NCBI GenBank assembly: GCA_016932855.1 | Contig: JAFGCB010000030.1 | Location: 475 to 64,474, forward strand | DNA length: 64,000 nt | Origin: Candidatus Omnitrophota bacterium | Lineage (GTDB): Bacteria > Omnitrophota > Gorgyraeia > Duberdicusellales > Duberdicusellaceae | Direction: 5' to 3' | Shown: in pieces, positions 30,242 to 39,646 of the stretch | Numbering within the stretch: the stretch's first letter is position 1 | How the letters are laid out: every line of letters starts with the position of its first letter | Notes under the pieces: generated by a model | Told to the model about the DNA's origin: nothing | Databases searched by the model: none | Seen by the model: the letters and a program-made list of their open reading frames with translations, nothing else | Program-made: the position numbers and the translations under genes

Positions 30242-31153
30242 TCAGACCAAAGCGCTTTCGAAATCCTGCATTGAACCGAAATTCACCACCTTAAGAGTGG
30301 AATCGATCTTGCGCAATATACCCTTCAATACTTTTGATGGCCCCACCTCGTAAAATAAGGTTACACCCTCTTTTCTCATGTATTCAACTGACTTAGCCCA
30401 TAAGACAGGCTTGGTTAACTGCTCTATCAGACTCTTGCGTATCTGATCTTTATCTCTGTAAGCAACAGCGTCTACGTTACTTACAATTGGGATTTCGGCG
30501 TCTCGAAAATTCAAAGAATACGCTACTTCTCTTAGATTGGCCTCTGCCTCTTTCATAAAAGGAGAATGAAACCCTCCGCTTACTTCCAACTCTACGATAC
30601 GCTTGGCCTGCTTAACTTCAAAATATTGTCTTACCGCTTCTTTCTTGTCCGCGTCCAAAGATATAACAACCTGGCCCGGACAGTTTAAATTCGCGATATA
30701 AAATAAGCCGGAATTACCCTCTTCTAAATCTTCAGAATTTACGCCTAAGACCGCGTACATACAAGAAGGGTTATTCCTGGCGGCTTGAGCCATAAACTCT
30801 GCTCTTTTCTTGACTAAAACAAGGGCGTCTTGAAAACTTAAAACACCCCCCGCATATAAAGCGGTATATTCACCCAAGCTCAACCCAGCGTAAAATAAAG
30901 GCTGGATATCTTTCTTGCTTTTTAGAATTTGGAAGTTTACGGAACTTACTAAGAATATAGCAAGCTGTTGATAGAGAGTATCCTTTAACTTAAGGTCCGA
31001 ACCGGAAAAGCAAACAGATGAAATATCCTGGCCTAAAATACTGTCGGCTTTATCAAACAGAGCCTTGGCTTCGTGAAAATTGTCAAAAAGGTCCTTGCCC
31101 ATGCCTTCGTATTGCGAACCCTGGCCGGGAAATATAACTGCCATTTTACTCAT
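30242..31153 (-). CDS. fabD: Malonyl-CoA:ACP transacylase
   Basis: GQGSQ and GLSLGEY (GxSxG) motifs. Confidence 0.9.
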   Translation of the reverse strand: MSKMAVIFPGQGSQYEGMGKDLFDNFHEAKALFDKADSILGQDISSVCFSGSDLKLKDTLYQQLAIFLVSSVNFQILKSKKDIQPLFYAGLSLGEYTALYAGGVLSFQDALVLVKKRAEFMAQAARNNPSCMYAVLGVNSEDLEEGNSGLFYIANLNCPGQVVISLDADKKEAVRQYFEVKQAKRIVELEVSGGFHSPFMKEAEANLREVAYSLNFRDAEIPIVSNVDAVAYRDKDQIRKSLIEQLTKPVLWAKSVEYMRKEGVTLFYEVGPSKVLKGILRKIDSTLKVVNFGSMQDFESALV

Positions 31154-31196
31154 ATCTAATCTGGTTTACAGCCCATATTGTATTTATGATGCGGGG

Positions 31197-31300
31197 TCAT
31201 ACTGTAGTCATACTGTAGTCATACTGTAGTCATACATAGCCATACAATTGTTTGACTATTGTATGACGGCCGAAGGGTGTATGACTATTGCGTGACATTA
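31197..31300. repeat. Tandem 11-mer TCATACTGTAG x3 plus degenerate units, followed by inverted GTATGAC units
   Basis: gtcatactgtagtcatactgtagtcatactgtagtcatacatagccatacaattg ... tatgacggccgaagggtgtatgactattgcgtgacattatgttatg. Confidence 0.65.
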
Positions 31301-31302
31301 TG

Positions 31303-32301
31303 TTATGTCCACTTAATCACGCAAGAACCCCAAACAAGGCCTCCGCCAAAAGCATCCAAAACCACTATATCGCCCTTTTTAATCCGGCCCTGCTCATAGG
31401 CTTCACACAAAGCAACAGCGGTAGAAGCTGAAGACATATTACCGTATTTATGTATATTAACGAAGACTTGCTCCTGGGTTAGATTGAGCCTCTTAGCCAC
31501 GGCATTAATAATTCTTAAATTCGCCTGATGAGGAATCAATAAATCTAAATCCGAATTTTTGAGCCCACATTTCTTAAGCACCTTTTGGGCGCACTCAACC
31601 ATTATTCTTACGGCAATCTTAAAAAGTTCGTTTCCCTGCATCTTGATATAGTGCAATCTTTTTTTAACTGTCTGATTTGCGGCCGGCAGCCTGCTTCCGC
31701 CGGCAGGAAGGATAAGTAAATCCGCGAAGTTGCCGTCTCCTCCCAGATACATACCAAGCATTCCCGAAGAAGGTTTAGCAGGAACTACCACACAGGCGCC
31801 GGCCCCGTCTCCGAAAAGAATACAGGTAGAACGGTCTTTCCAGTCGGTAATACTGGATAGAATTTCGCTTCCTACAACGAGAGCGTTTTTGTAAAAGCCG
31901 CCCCCCACCAAAGACCAGGCAAGACCAAGAGCATATACAAAACCTGCGCAGGCCGCGCTAACATCCAGCACAGCGGCGTTTTTTGCTCCGATATCTTTCT
32001 GAATATAGCAGGCAGTGGAGGGAAATTGAGTATCAGGAGTGATTGTGGCTACGATTATTAGCTCTACGTCTTTAGGCTTGATCGAGGCCCGCTTTAAAGC
32101 CTTTAAAGACGCGTCCGAACCTAAAATAGAGGCGTATTCTTTATCTACTATTCTTCTCTCTTTAATCCCGGTCCTGGTGGTAATCCAATCCTCGGAAGTA
32201 TCCACCATTTTCTCTAAATCAAGATTAGTAAGGATTCTCTTCGGTAAACACTTACCCAGTCCAACAATCTTAATTGAATCAACCTTGCTATGACTATACA
32301 T
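31303..32301 (-). CDS. fabH: 3-oxoacyl-ACP synthase III
   Basis: Active-site Cys in AACAGFVYAL, with His/Asn motifs. Confidence 0.9.
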   Translation of the reverse strand: MYSHSKVDSIKIVGLGKCLPKRILTNLDLEKMVDTSEDWITTRTGIKERRIVDKEYASILGSDASLKALKRASIKPKDVELIIVATITPDTQFPSTACYIQKDIGAKNAAVLDVSAACAGFVYALGLAWSLVGGGFYKNALVVGSEILSSITDWKDRSTCILFGDGAGACVVVPAKPSSGMLGMYLGGDGNFADLLILPAGGSRLPAANQTVKKRLHYIKMQGNELFKIAVRIMVECAQKVLKKCGLKNSDLDLLIPHQANLRIINAVAKRLNLTQEQVFVNIHKYGNMSSASTAVALCEAYEQGRIKKGDIVVLDAFGGGLVWGSCVIKWT

Positions 32302-33316
32302 TTATTCGCTCTTGGATCTGGTGGTTTACGTCTCTTTCTAATTCTCGGACAGCTACCCTTATAGCGTTTTTAACTGCCTTAGCGTTGGAGCGGCCGTGAC
32401 CTATTATAACCACACCGTTTACCCCTAAAAGGGGCGCTCCTCCGTACTCGCTATAATCCATAATCTTGCTGAATCTTTTAAGACTCCTCTTTAGCAAAAG
32501 GAATCCTATTAATCCAAGAATATCCTTTTTTACTTCCGAGGCCATAAAATGGCCGACGGCTTCGGCAAAGCCTTCGGTCACTTTAAGAGCGATGTTGCCG
32601 GCAAGGCCGTCGGAAACAATACAATCGCACTTTCCTAAAAATATATCCTTAGGTTCAATATTTCCGATAAAACCAGGGCAGCTTTCTCTAAGAAGCAAAG
32701 CTGTCTCTCTTAAAAACTCAGGACCCTTGGTTTCTTCCTCGCCGATATTTAAAAGACCTATTGAAGGACTTTTCTTATCGAGGACTTTCTTTGAATAAAC
32801 CTCGGCCATTAAAGCATACTGCATAAGATGAATAGGCTTAGGGTCTATATTTGCTCCTACATCTATCATAAAAGATGGCCCTTTTAAAGTAGGAACCACA
32901 AGGCCTATGCCCGGCCTTTCTACTTGCTGAATTAACCCCAAATATACCGTGGACGCGCATACAAGCGCGCCGGTATTTCCGCAGCTTACAAGAGCGTCCG
33001 CCTCTTTATCTTTAAGAAGGTTAACTCCCAATACTATTGAAGATTTTTTCTTTCTCCTTACAGACAAAGCAGGAGACTCATCCATTTTAATCTCTTCAGA
33101 CGCATCAACTATCCGGGGCATAAATCCAGGACATGTTTTTTCTATCTCGCGCTCTATCAAGTCCTTTTTACCTACCAGGATAATCTCCACTTCGCTTAAT
33201 CCTAAAGAGGCAAAATAAGCCCCTTCTACTGTTGCCTGAGGTGCGAAATCACCTCCCATAGCATCTACTGCAATTCTTCTCTTTTTATTAATAGGATTAC
33301 TAACTTGTTCCATCAT
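32294..33316 (-). CDS. plsX: Phosphate acyltransferase PlsX
   Basis: PlsX family (IAVDAMGGD…GNTGA). 340 aa. Confidence 0.9.
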   Translation of the reverse strand: MMEQVSNPINKKRRIAVDAMGGDFAPQATVEGAYFASLGLSEVEIILVGKKDLIEREIEKTCPGFMPRIVDASEEIKMDESPALSVRRKKKSSIVLGVNLLKDKEADALVSCGNTGALVCASTVYLGLIQQVERPGIGLVVPTLKGPSFMIDVGANIDPKPIHLMQYALMAEVYSKKVLDKKSPSIGLLNIGEEETKGPEFLRETALLLRESCPGFIGNIEPKDIFLGKCDCIVSDGLAGNIALKVTEGFAEAVGHFMASEVKKDILGLIGFLLLKRSLKRFSKIMDYSEYGGAPLLGVNGVVIIGHGRSNAKAVKNAIRVAVRELERDVNHQIQERINV

Positions 33317-33372
33317 CCTTGCCTTATAAAATTGAAGCCTTAGAAAATAAACTTATTCAAGGCTTAAGGGGA

Positions 33373-33573
33373 TTATCGCTTCTTCTTTTTAGCCTTATCT
33401 TTTATAATTAATACTTTTCTTCCTTTATAATAGCCGCAAAAAGGACAGACTCGATAAGGCGGTTTTAAATTTTTACACTGAGAACAAACCGTTAATGTAG
33501 GTGTTTTTGAACGCTGATGAGTCCTCCTCTTTCGGGTTCTTGAACGAGAATGCTTTCTCTTAGGATGGGCCAT
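33373..33573 (-). CDS. rpmF: 50S ribosomal protein L32
   Basis: MAHPKRKHSRSRTRKRR N-terminus and CxxC…CxxC zinc ribbon. Confidence 0.85.
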   Translation of the reverse strand: MAHPKRKHSRSRTRKRRTHQRSKTPTLTVCSQCKNLKPPYRVCPFCGYYKGRKVLIIKDKAKKKKR

Positions 33574-33639
33574 TAAAAACCTCCCTGATTAAATTGCGAT
33601 ATTGTTAAATTGTTATATTGCTATATTGAAATAGATAAT

Positions 33640-34092
33640 TTACTTTTTACAGGTGCATTTTTCCAGGTTTAAATTCTTACCACAGCCCGGACAAATCCCC
33701 TTACAATCATCTTTGCACAAAGGCTTCATCGGCCATTCAAGAAGCATCTCTTCTCTTATCCGGTCATCCACTTCTAAGAATTGACCAAGTTTACTCTTGT
33801 CGTAAGATAAATAGAAATCCTGGGTTAAATCCTTTGTTGTAAACTGTAAACAACGACTGCATCGGATCTTACGCAAACTTGAAACTGAAACTTTAACCAA
33901 AATCTCTTTATCAATCTTTCTAAACTCGCAACACAGATTAATCTCGCCGGTAAACTCAACTTCATGGGTATCCAAACCCCAAGTTGAAGCCTTTATACTC
34001 TCTTCTCTGGTAATCGGCTCTTCATTAATGCTATTAATATCTAATCTCATCTTTCTTGCGGACCAAAGCCTTAAGAACATAAGACGGAACAA
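33640..34092 (-). CDS. yceD: YceD/DUF177 family protein (large-subunit rRNA accumulation)
   Basis: Conserved position upstream of rpmF; C-terminal CxxC-N-CxC cysteine cluster. The start is probably an internal Met (~34050). Confidence 0.7.
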   Translation of the reverse strand: MFRLMFLRLWSARKMRLDINSINEEPITREESIKASTWGLDTHEVEFTGEINLCCEFRKIDKEILVKVSVSSLRKIRCSRCLQFTTKDLTQDFYLSYDKSKLGQFLEVDDRIREEMLLEWPMKPLCKDDCKGICPGCGKNLNLEKCTCKK

Positions 34093-34519
34093 AACGAGAA
34101 ATATCCGCGCCCAAAAAAAAGGCTTCTTTTATAAGACGGGAAGACACATAGGAATAGTTAGGCTCAGGCATAAGAAACATTGTTTCTATGTCCGGCTTTA
34201 TCGTTCGATTGGTAAGAGCCATCTGAAATTCATATTCAAAATCAGAAATCATCCGCAAGCCTCTTAAAATAATCTTGATCTTCTTAAGCTTCGCATAATC
34301 AACCACCAGCCCCTCGAATCCCTCAACTTTAACCTTTTTAAAACCCTTAAGGCATTTTTTAACAAGGTCCATTCTCTCCTCAAAATCAAAAAGAGTATCT
34401 TTAGGAGATTTTGCTACCACAGCCACGCAAACCTGGTCAAAAAGCTTTATGGATCGTTTGATAAGGTCTATATGACCCAAGGTTATAGGGTCAAAACTTC
34501 CTGGATATAATACTTTCAT
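34034..34519 (-). CDS. coaD: Phosphopantetheine adenylyltransferase
   Basis: MKVLYPGSFDPITLGHIDLI (T/HxGH) motif. 161 aa. Confidence 0.9.
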   Translation of the reverse strand: MKVLYPGSFDPITLGHIDLIKRSIKLFDQVCVAVVAKSPKDTLFDFEERMDLVKKCLKGFKKVKVEGFEGLVVDYAKLKKIKIILRGLRMISDFEYEFQMALTNRTIKPDIETMFLMPEPNYSYVSSRLIKEAFFLGADISRFVPSYVLKALVRKKDEIRY

Positions 34520-34541
34520 TTTTCCGATTTGGCTTTTTAGG

Positions 34542-35102
34542 CTATTTCCTTAAAGGGGTATATAACCTGACTGATCTATCACCGTAAAACCGCTCAAAAT
34601 GACAAAAAAAACCCCCATCTTCAACGCTTTCTTTGCGAAAACCAAGAATAACTATAAAACCAGAAGGCTCTACTATATCATAGGCCCCTATAGTTTTCAA
34701 GGACTTTGTAAGTAGCCCTTTATGGTAAGGCGGATCGAGAAAAATCAGGTCGAACTTTTTCTGCTTTTGGTGAAAAATCTGACAAGCAAACAGTGAATCT
34801 TTTAAATAAATCTTTGAAAATCCTAAAAGCCCTAAAGAAGACAAATTTTTCCGCACAATATTTACGCAGCTTCGCTTAATATCCACAAACACCGCCTCCT
34901 CTGCACCCCAAGATAACGCCTCTATGCCTAAAGCCCCTGAGCCGGCAAATAAATCCAGCACAGACCCGCCTTGTATATGCTCCCTAAATACATTATAAAG
35001 AACTTTTCGAATCCTTGCCTCCACTGCCCGCGCGGATTTAAGAGTTTGAATTTTTCGCGATTTTAAGTTTCCGGCTACGATATACATATATATAAACCCC
35101 AA
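34542..35102 (-). CDS. rsmD: 16S rRNA (guanine966-N2)-methyltransferase
   Basis: RsmD family with DLFAGSGALGIEALS and DPPY motifs. Conserved rsmD-coaD pairing. Confidence 0.8.
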   Translation of the reverse strand: MGFIYMYIVAGNLKSRKIQTLKSARAVEARIRKVLYNVFREHIQGGSVLDLFAGSGALGIEALSWGAEEAVFVDIKRSCVNIVRKNLSSLGLLGFSKIYLKDSLFACQIFHQKQKKFDLIFLDPPYHKGLLTKSLKTIGAYDIVEPSGFIVILGFRKESVEDGGFFCHFERFYGDRSVRLYTPLRK

Positions 35103-35245
35103 ATCCCAATACTACCAAATCCCAAGTAAACTCAATCCTGAACCACATAAAAGATGGATTCAGGATTGCCCTGTGCCGAATTTATTCTGGTACAGGGCAA
35201 AGCCCCAAATCCAAAACCTATTGGGATTTGGGGTTTGGGATTTTG
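35103..35245. repeat. Tandem-unit palindrome of CCCAAATCC / GGGATTTGG units plus two further hairpins
   Basis: ccccaaatcccaatactaccaaatcccaag ... ccccaaatccaaaacctattgggatttggggtttgggattttgg. Additional hairpins AATCCTGAA-N16-TTCAGGATT and GCCCTGT-N16-TACAGGGC. Confidence 0.6.
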
Positions 35246-35338
35246 GCCCTTCGAACATACTCAAAGCCATCCTTAATATTCCCGAAAGATGGGATTGATT
35301 TGATATTTGGAATTTGACACTTATCATTACCCAAAGCG

Positions 35339-37489
35339 TTAGCTGGCTTGCCAGAGAAGACCCTTGTCTATATACTCTTTTATTGCCGAATTTAACTCCT
35401 TATGTTGCCTGAGCTCTAAATAAGGATCTTTTTTAATTACCTTAAAAGCCCGGCTTCGGGCGGTTTCAAGTATTTTTAAATCATCCTGGCTCGAGGCAAT
35501 ACTTGTAGGCAAATAACCGGCCTGAAGGGTTCCGAATAAGTCTCCGGGGCCTCTTAATTCTAAATCCTGCTCGGCTATCTTGAACCCATCGCAAGTTTCG
35601 GCAATAACTTCCAGTCTTTTTCTTGCCGAAGAATAAATATCTTTTTTAGCTATCATAAAAAAATAGGAGGGTAAATTGGATCTGGTAATCCGGCCTCTCA
35701 ACTGATGAAGTTGAGCAAGGCCGAATCTTTCCGGGTTTTCCACTACCATAACTGTAGCATTAGGAATATCAAGGCCCACCTCTACAACTAAAGTAGACAC
35801 TAAAATATCTATTTCGTTATTCTTAAAATTATTAAGGACACTCTGTTTCTGCCGGGAATCAAGCCTGCCGTGCAAAAGCCCTAAACGCAAAGATTTAAAT
35901 TCTTTAACCAATCTTTCATACATCTGGACCGCCGGATATAAATCCTCCTGGCTGCTTTCCTCTACTAAGGCATAGATTATATAAACCTGGCGGCCTTCTT
36001 GAACCTTTTGCCTAATAAATTCATATACTTTTCCGCGTTCTTTTTCCTTTACGATTTCAGTCCGGGCGAACTTTCTTCCTTTAGGATATTCCTTTATTAA
36101 AGAAACTTCCAAATCTCCGTAGAGGGTAAGGGCAAGGCTGCGGGGTATCGGAGTTGCGCTCATCACTAAAATATCAGCATCGATGCCTTTACGGGCCAAA
36201 AGAGCCCTTTGGGCTACGCCAAACCTGTGCTGCTCATCAACAACGACGAATCTTAAATTTTTAAATCGTAAATCCTCGTTCAAAAGGGCATGCGTTCCGA
36301 CTATGATATCAATCTTGCCCTGGGAAAGTTTAGCATAGATATCTTTACGTTTTTTTATAGCAAGACCGGAAGTAATAATATCAATCTTTAAATCAAGCCC
36401 TTTAGCCAAACCTTCTAAAGTTTTCTTGTGCTGAATAGCTAAAACTTCGGTAGGAACCATAAAGGCAACCTGAAAACCGGACCTGGCTACACAAAAGGCG
36501 GCAATTGAAGCTACAACCGTCTTTCCGCTTCCCACATCCCCCTGAAGAAGGCGGCTGTTTCTTAAATCCGAGCTTACATCTGAAAACACCTCGCAAATAG
36601 CTTTTTCCTGATCCCCGGTAAGAGTAAAACCAAAGTTATTTTTTACTTTATCGACGACTGAATGATCTATAGATAAAGCAGGACGCCTTTTTAATCTAAG
36701 CTCTGCCTTGCGCCTGAAAAGAAGAATCTGCATAATAAAAAATTCTTCGAAGATAAAGCGCTGTCGGGATCTTTTTATATCTTCAAAGCTTGCCGGAGAA
36801 TGAATGCCGGAAAGAGCTTCCAGGATATTAGGAAAATTATATTCTTTGCGGATATCAAAAGGTATAGTCTCAACTATCTGATTACGATAGTTACTAAAAC
36901 ATGTCCGTATAAGTCTTCTTAAATTATTCTGGCTAAGGCCCTGAGTAAGCCGATAAAAGGCAACTATCCCCGAAATATCAAGATCGTCTTCGGAATTAAG
37001 CCTTTCGAATTCAGCCGAGACGATCTGAAGCCTGTCGTTATAGCGCTGGATTTTACCGTAAAAATAATAGCTTAAACCTATTTTTAGATAATCTTTAAGA
37101 TAAGGCTGGTTAAACCATATCCCCTGAATATTTCCCGTTGAATCCCTTAAACTTGCCCTTATGGTTGCTTTTCTTCCATAAAAAGCCTGACTTACTTTAA
37201 GGCTAGTAATTTCCGCTCTAATCAAAGAGGTTTTACCTTCTTCCAGAAGATTTATCTGCTCTATATGGCTTCTATCTTGATATCTCACCGGAAAATAATA
37301 GAGAAGGTCTTTTAAGAAAAATACACCTACTCTATTAAGAATCTTTTCCCTCTTAGGACCAACCCCTTTTACGTATCGTATTGGAATCATTTTTTTACAC
37401 AGATAACCACAGCCCTTTTCGGGCATCGCGTGTAGGGTTTCGGGTTTCATGATTATTATTTCCGATGTCCCATGCCCCGCCTTCGTCAA
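35339..37489 (-). CDS. recG: ATP-dependent DNA helicase RecG
   Basis: Wedge domain plus superfamily-2 helicase motifs (GDVGSGKT, DEQHRFG). The true start is probably the internal Met at ~37390; the 5' extension only translates the F1 repeat. Confidence 0.9.
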   Translation of the reverse strand: MTKAGHGTSEIIIMKPETLHAMPEKGCGYLCKKMIPIRYVKGVGPKREKILNRVGVFFLKDLLYYFPVRYQDRSHIEQINLLEEGKTSLIRAEITSLKVSQAFYGRKATIRASLRDSTGNIQGIWFNQPYLKDYLKIGLSYYFYGKIQRYNDRLQIVSAEFERLNSEDDLDISGIVAFYRLTQGLSQNNLRRLIRTCFSNYRNQIVETIPFDIRKEYNFPNILEALSGIHSPASFEDIKRSRQRFIFEEFFIMQILLFRRKAELRLKRRPALSIDHSVVDKVKNNFGFTLTGDQEKAICEVFSDVSSDLRNSRLLQGDVGSGKTVVASIAAFCVARSGFQVAFMVPTEVLAIQHKKTLEGLAKGLDLKIDIITSGLAIKKRKDIYAKLSQGKIDIIVGTHALLNEDLRFKNLRFVVVDEQHRFGVAQRALLARKGIDADILVMSATPIPRSLALTLYGDLEVSLIKEYPKGRKFARTEIVKEKERGKVYEFIRQKVQEGRQVYIIYALVEESSQEDLYPAVQMYERLVKEFKSLRLGLLHGRLDSRQKQSVLNNFKNNEIDILVSTLVVEVGLDIPNATVMVVENPERFGLAQLHQLRGRITRSNLPSYFFMIAKKDIYSSARKRLEVIAETCDGFKIAEQDLELRGPGDLFGTLQAGYLPTSIASSQDDLKILETARSRAFKVIKKDPYLELRQHKELNSAIKEYIDKGLLWQAS

Positions 37490-37556
37490 GACTTCGGCGG
37501 GCAGCCCTCCGGAGCTTTAGCGCAGGAGGGCCGAAACCCGACACCCTGCTAGCATT
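37420..37556 (-). repeat. F1 ~135-bp GC-rich repeat element, copy B (inverted relative to copy A)
   Basis: Its reverse complement aligns with 27697-27834 along the whole length, including both flanking heptamer-repeat arms. It abuts the dtd stop codon. Confidence 0.75.
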
Positions 37557-38031
37557 GTCTGCGTATGTTGCTGTCGAGAATAATATTAACCGGACCGTAA
37601 CTGACAGCTTCGATAATCATCTCTGCCCCGAAGACGCCTTCAACAGAGCTTAAACCCGCTTCTTTTATCTTGCTGCAGAACAAATCAAAAAATTCCCTTC
37701 CTTTTTGAGGAACAGCTGCCTTGTCAAAAGAAGGCCTTCTGCCCTTTCTGACCGATGCAGCTAAGGTAAAATTGGGTATGCACATAATTTCAAAATTCTT
37801 ATCCTTAATCGATAGATTCATTTTTCCCTGGTCGTCTTCGAATATCCGCAAATTTACGATCTTATCTACCAGAAAATCTAAATCATCCAAGCTGTCGCTT
37901 TCTTCCACGCCGATAAATACCAGCAACCCTTGACTTACCTGGCCTATAAATCTTGCTTCCCGCTCCTTGACAGAAAGACTAACTTTTTTAACTCGTTGTA
38001 TAAGCGCTTTCATAATACCTCCCGTTCGCAA
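37549..38031 (-). CDS. dtd: D-aminoacyl-tRNA deacylase
   Basis: MKALIQRV…SQFTL-like (NFTLAA) and GxRPSF (GRRPSF) motifs. The start is probably at 38013. Confidence 0.85.
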   Translation of the reverse strand: MRTGGIMKALIQRVKKVSLSVKEREARFIGQVSQGLLVFIGVEESDSLDDLDFLVDKIVNLRIFEDDQGKMNLSIKDKNFEIMCIPNFTLAASVRKGRRPSFDKAAVPQKGREFFDLFCSKIKEAGLSSVEGVFGAEMIIEAVSYGPVNIILDSNIRRQC

Positions 38032-38032
38032 C

Positions 38033-38968
38033 TTAGGGTTTACGATTAACCTCTAGCCGCATGCCCTGATAAATACCCTTTTTCTTAAATTCATCTTCGA
38101 TATACTGCAAGGCTTTCTGCTTCTGGTTTATCCAAGAAGGAGCTATTAGATATTTCGCATCAGCATCAGACACCAAACGCAGAACAACCCAGTCCTTTGG
38201 GATAAATGTTAAGAAATCCGTCAGGATATCGGCGTATTCCTCCAATGATAAAAGATTAACCTCGCCTCTTTCAAAAAATTCCTCTAATTTTGTCTGTTTT
38301 ACTACATGCAAACAATGAAATTTTATTCCTGATAATGGTAACCCTGCTATAGCCTGGGCAGTGGCTAAAATATCTTCTTTTGACTCGCTGGGTATCCCGA
38401 AAATAAGATGCGCACCTATAAAAATACCTCTACTCTTGGTCATCTCAACAGCTTTTAAAAAATCTTCATAGGTGTGGCTTCGGTTAAGGAATGTAAGTCC
38501 TTGATTATGAGCAGTTTGAAGACCGTATTCTACCCAGACCATATAATCTCTGGAAAACTCCTCGATCATATCAAGTTTCTCTTCATCAACGCAGTCCGGC
38601 CTTGTAGAAATGGAAAGCCCAACAACATCAGGAAATTTTCTTATTATGCTGTATCTGTCTTTTAATATATCGGCGGGAGCGAAAGTATTGGTAAAGCTCT
38701 GAAAATAAGCAATAAACTTTTTGGCTCCGAAACGTTTTTTTGCGTAATCCATGGAACTGCGGACCTGCTCCTCCAAGGAAGGCGTTTTTCCGGCGAAGAA
38801 ACTGAAGGCCCGATTGTTGCAAAAAATACAGCCTTCCGAACTTAAATCTCCTTCAAGATTAGGACAGCCGAAACCAGCGTTTAAGCTTAAACGATGAACT
38901 CGACAGCCAAATTTATCGCGGAGGAATTGATTAAAGGAATAGTAGGGTTTAATGTTTTTAATTACCAT
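38033..38968 (-). CDS. TIGR01212-family radical SAM protein
   Basis: CPNLEGDLSSEGCIFC cysteine motif and the overall pattern of the YhcC/TIGR01212 family. Confidence 0.7.
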   Translation of the reverse strand: MVIKNIKPYYSFNQFLRDKFGCRVHRLSLNAGFGCPNLEGDLSSEGCIFCNNRAFSFFAGKTPSLEEQVRSSMDYAKKRFGAKKFIAYFQSFTNTFAPADILKDRYSIIRKFPDVVGLSISTRPDCVDEEKLDMIEEFSRDYMVWVEYGLQTAHNQGLTFLNRSHTYEDFLKAVEMTKSRGIFIGAHLIFGIPSESKEDILATAQAIAGLPLSGIKFHCLHVVKQTKLEEFFERGEVNLLSLEEYADILTDFLTFIPKDWVVLRLVSDADAKYLIAPSWINQKQKALQYIEDEFKKKGIYQGMRLEVNRKP

Positions 38969-38978
38969 GATTAAACTT

Positions 38979-39084
38979 GGTTACTAATAGTTACTATTTG
39001 TTACTAGGGGTTACTATTGGTTACGATAATAATTTTTGCAACTATTAGTAACCGTTTGTAACTCTTATTAACCTTTAGTAACCG
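38979..39084. repeat. F2 array copy 2: GGTTACTAT direct repeats then TAGTAACC inverted repeats
   Basis: ggttactaatagttactatttgttactaggggttactattggttacg ... actattagtaaccgtttgtaactcttattaacctttagtaaccgtg. Same architecture and orientation as 26274-26393. Confidence 0.7.
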
Positions 39085-39099
39085 TGCCAATATTAATAA

Positions 39100-39630
39100 C
39101 TATTTATTTTGTTGACTGAATATACAACCGCAATAATTCTGTCTATACAGGCCTAATTCCTTTGAAAGCTTCACAGATTCTTTAAAGCCGTCTTCTTTCT
39201 TAAAATCCCTTGAAAGAAATCTCTTAACATCTATCGAGGACCCTATTTGATTGATAATCTTACTGTTCTTATGAGGACTTATAGTAAGGCTGGTAGCAAA
39301 AAAATCAAACCCCTCTCTTGCGGAGATGTTGCAAACTTTTCTTAATCGAAATTCAAAACATAAGCTGCACCGCCGGCCGCCTTCTTTTTCCTCTTCACAT
39401 CCTTTTATAAACTCAAACCAACTGTCTAAATCATACTCAGCGTCTACGGCTTTTAAAGAAAACTTTTTAGATATTTTAAAAAAATCTTCTTTTCTTTTTT
39501 TGTATTCTTCCTCGGGATGGATATTGGGATTATAGAAAACCCCGGAGACCTCAAAGCCCTGCGCTTTCAGTCTCTGAATACAGACTGTCGCACATCCTGC
39601 GCAACAAATGTGCAGTAAGACTTTACTCAT
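39100..39630 (-). CDS. queH: Epoxyqueuosine reductase QueH (DUF208)
   Basis: LLHICCAGC N-terminal cysteine motif and conserved C-terminal Cys pair (NYCGC). Confidence 0.8.
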   Translation of the reverse strand: MSKVLLHICCAGCATVCIQRLKAQGFEVSGVFYNPNIHPEEEYKKRKEDFFKISKKFSLKAVDAEYDLDSWFEFIKGCEEEKEGGRRCSLCFEFRLRKVCNISAREGFDFFATSLTISPHKNSKIINQIGSSIDVKRFLSRDFKKEDGFKESVKLSKELGLYRQNYCGCIFSQQNK

Positions 39631-39646
39631 GCTCGAAAGATAATTT

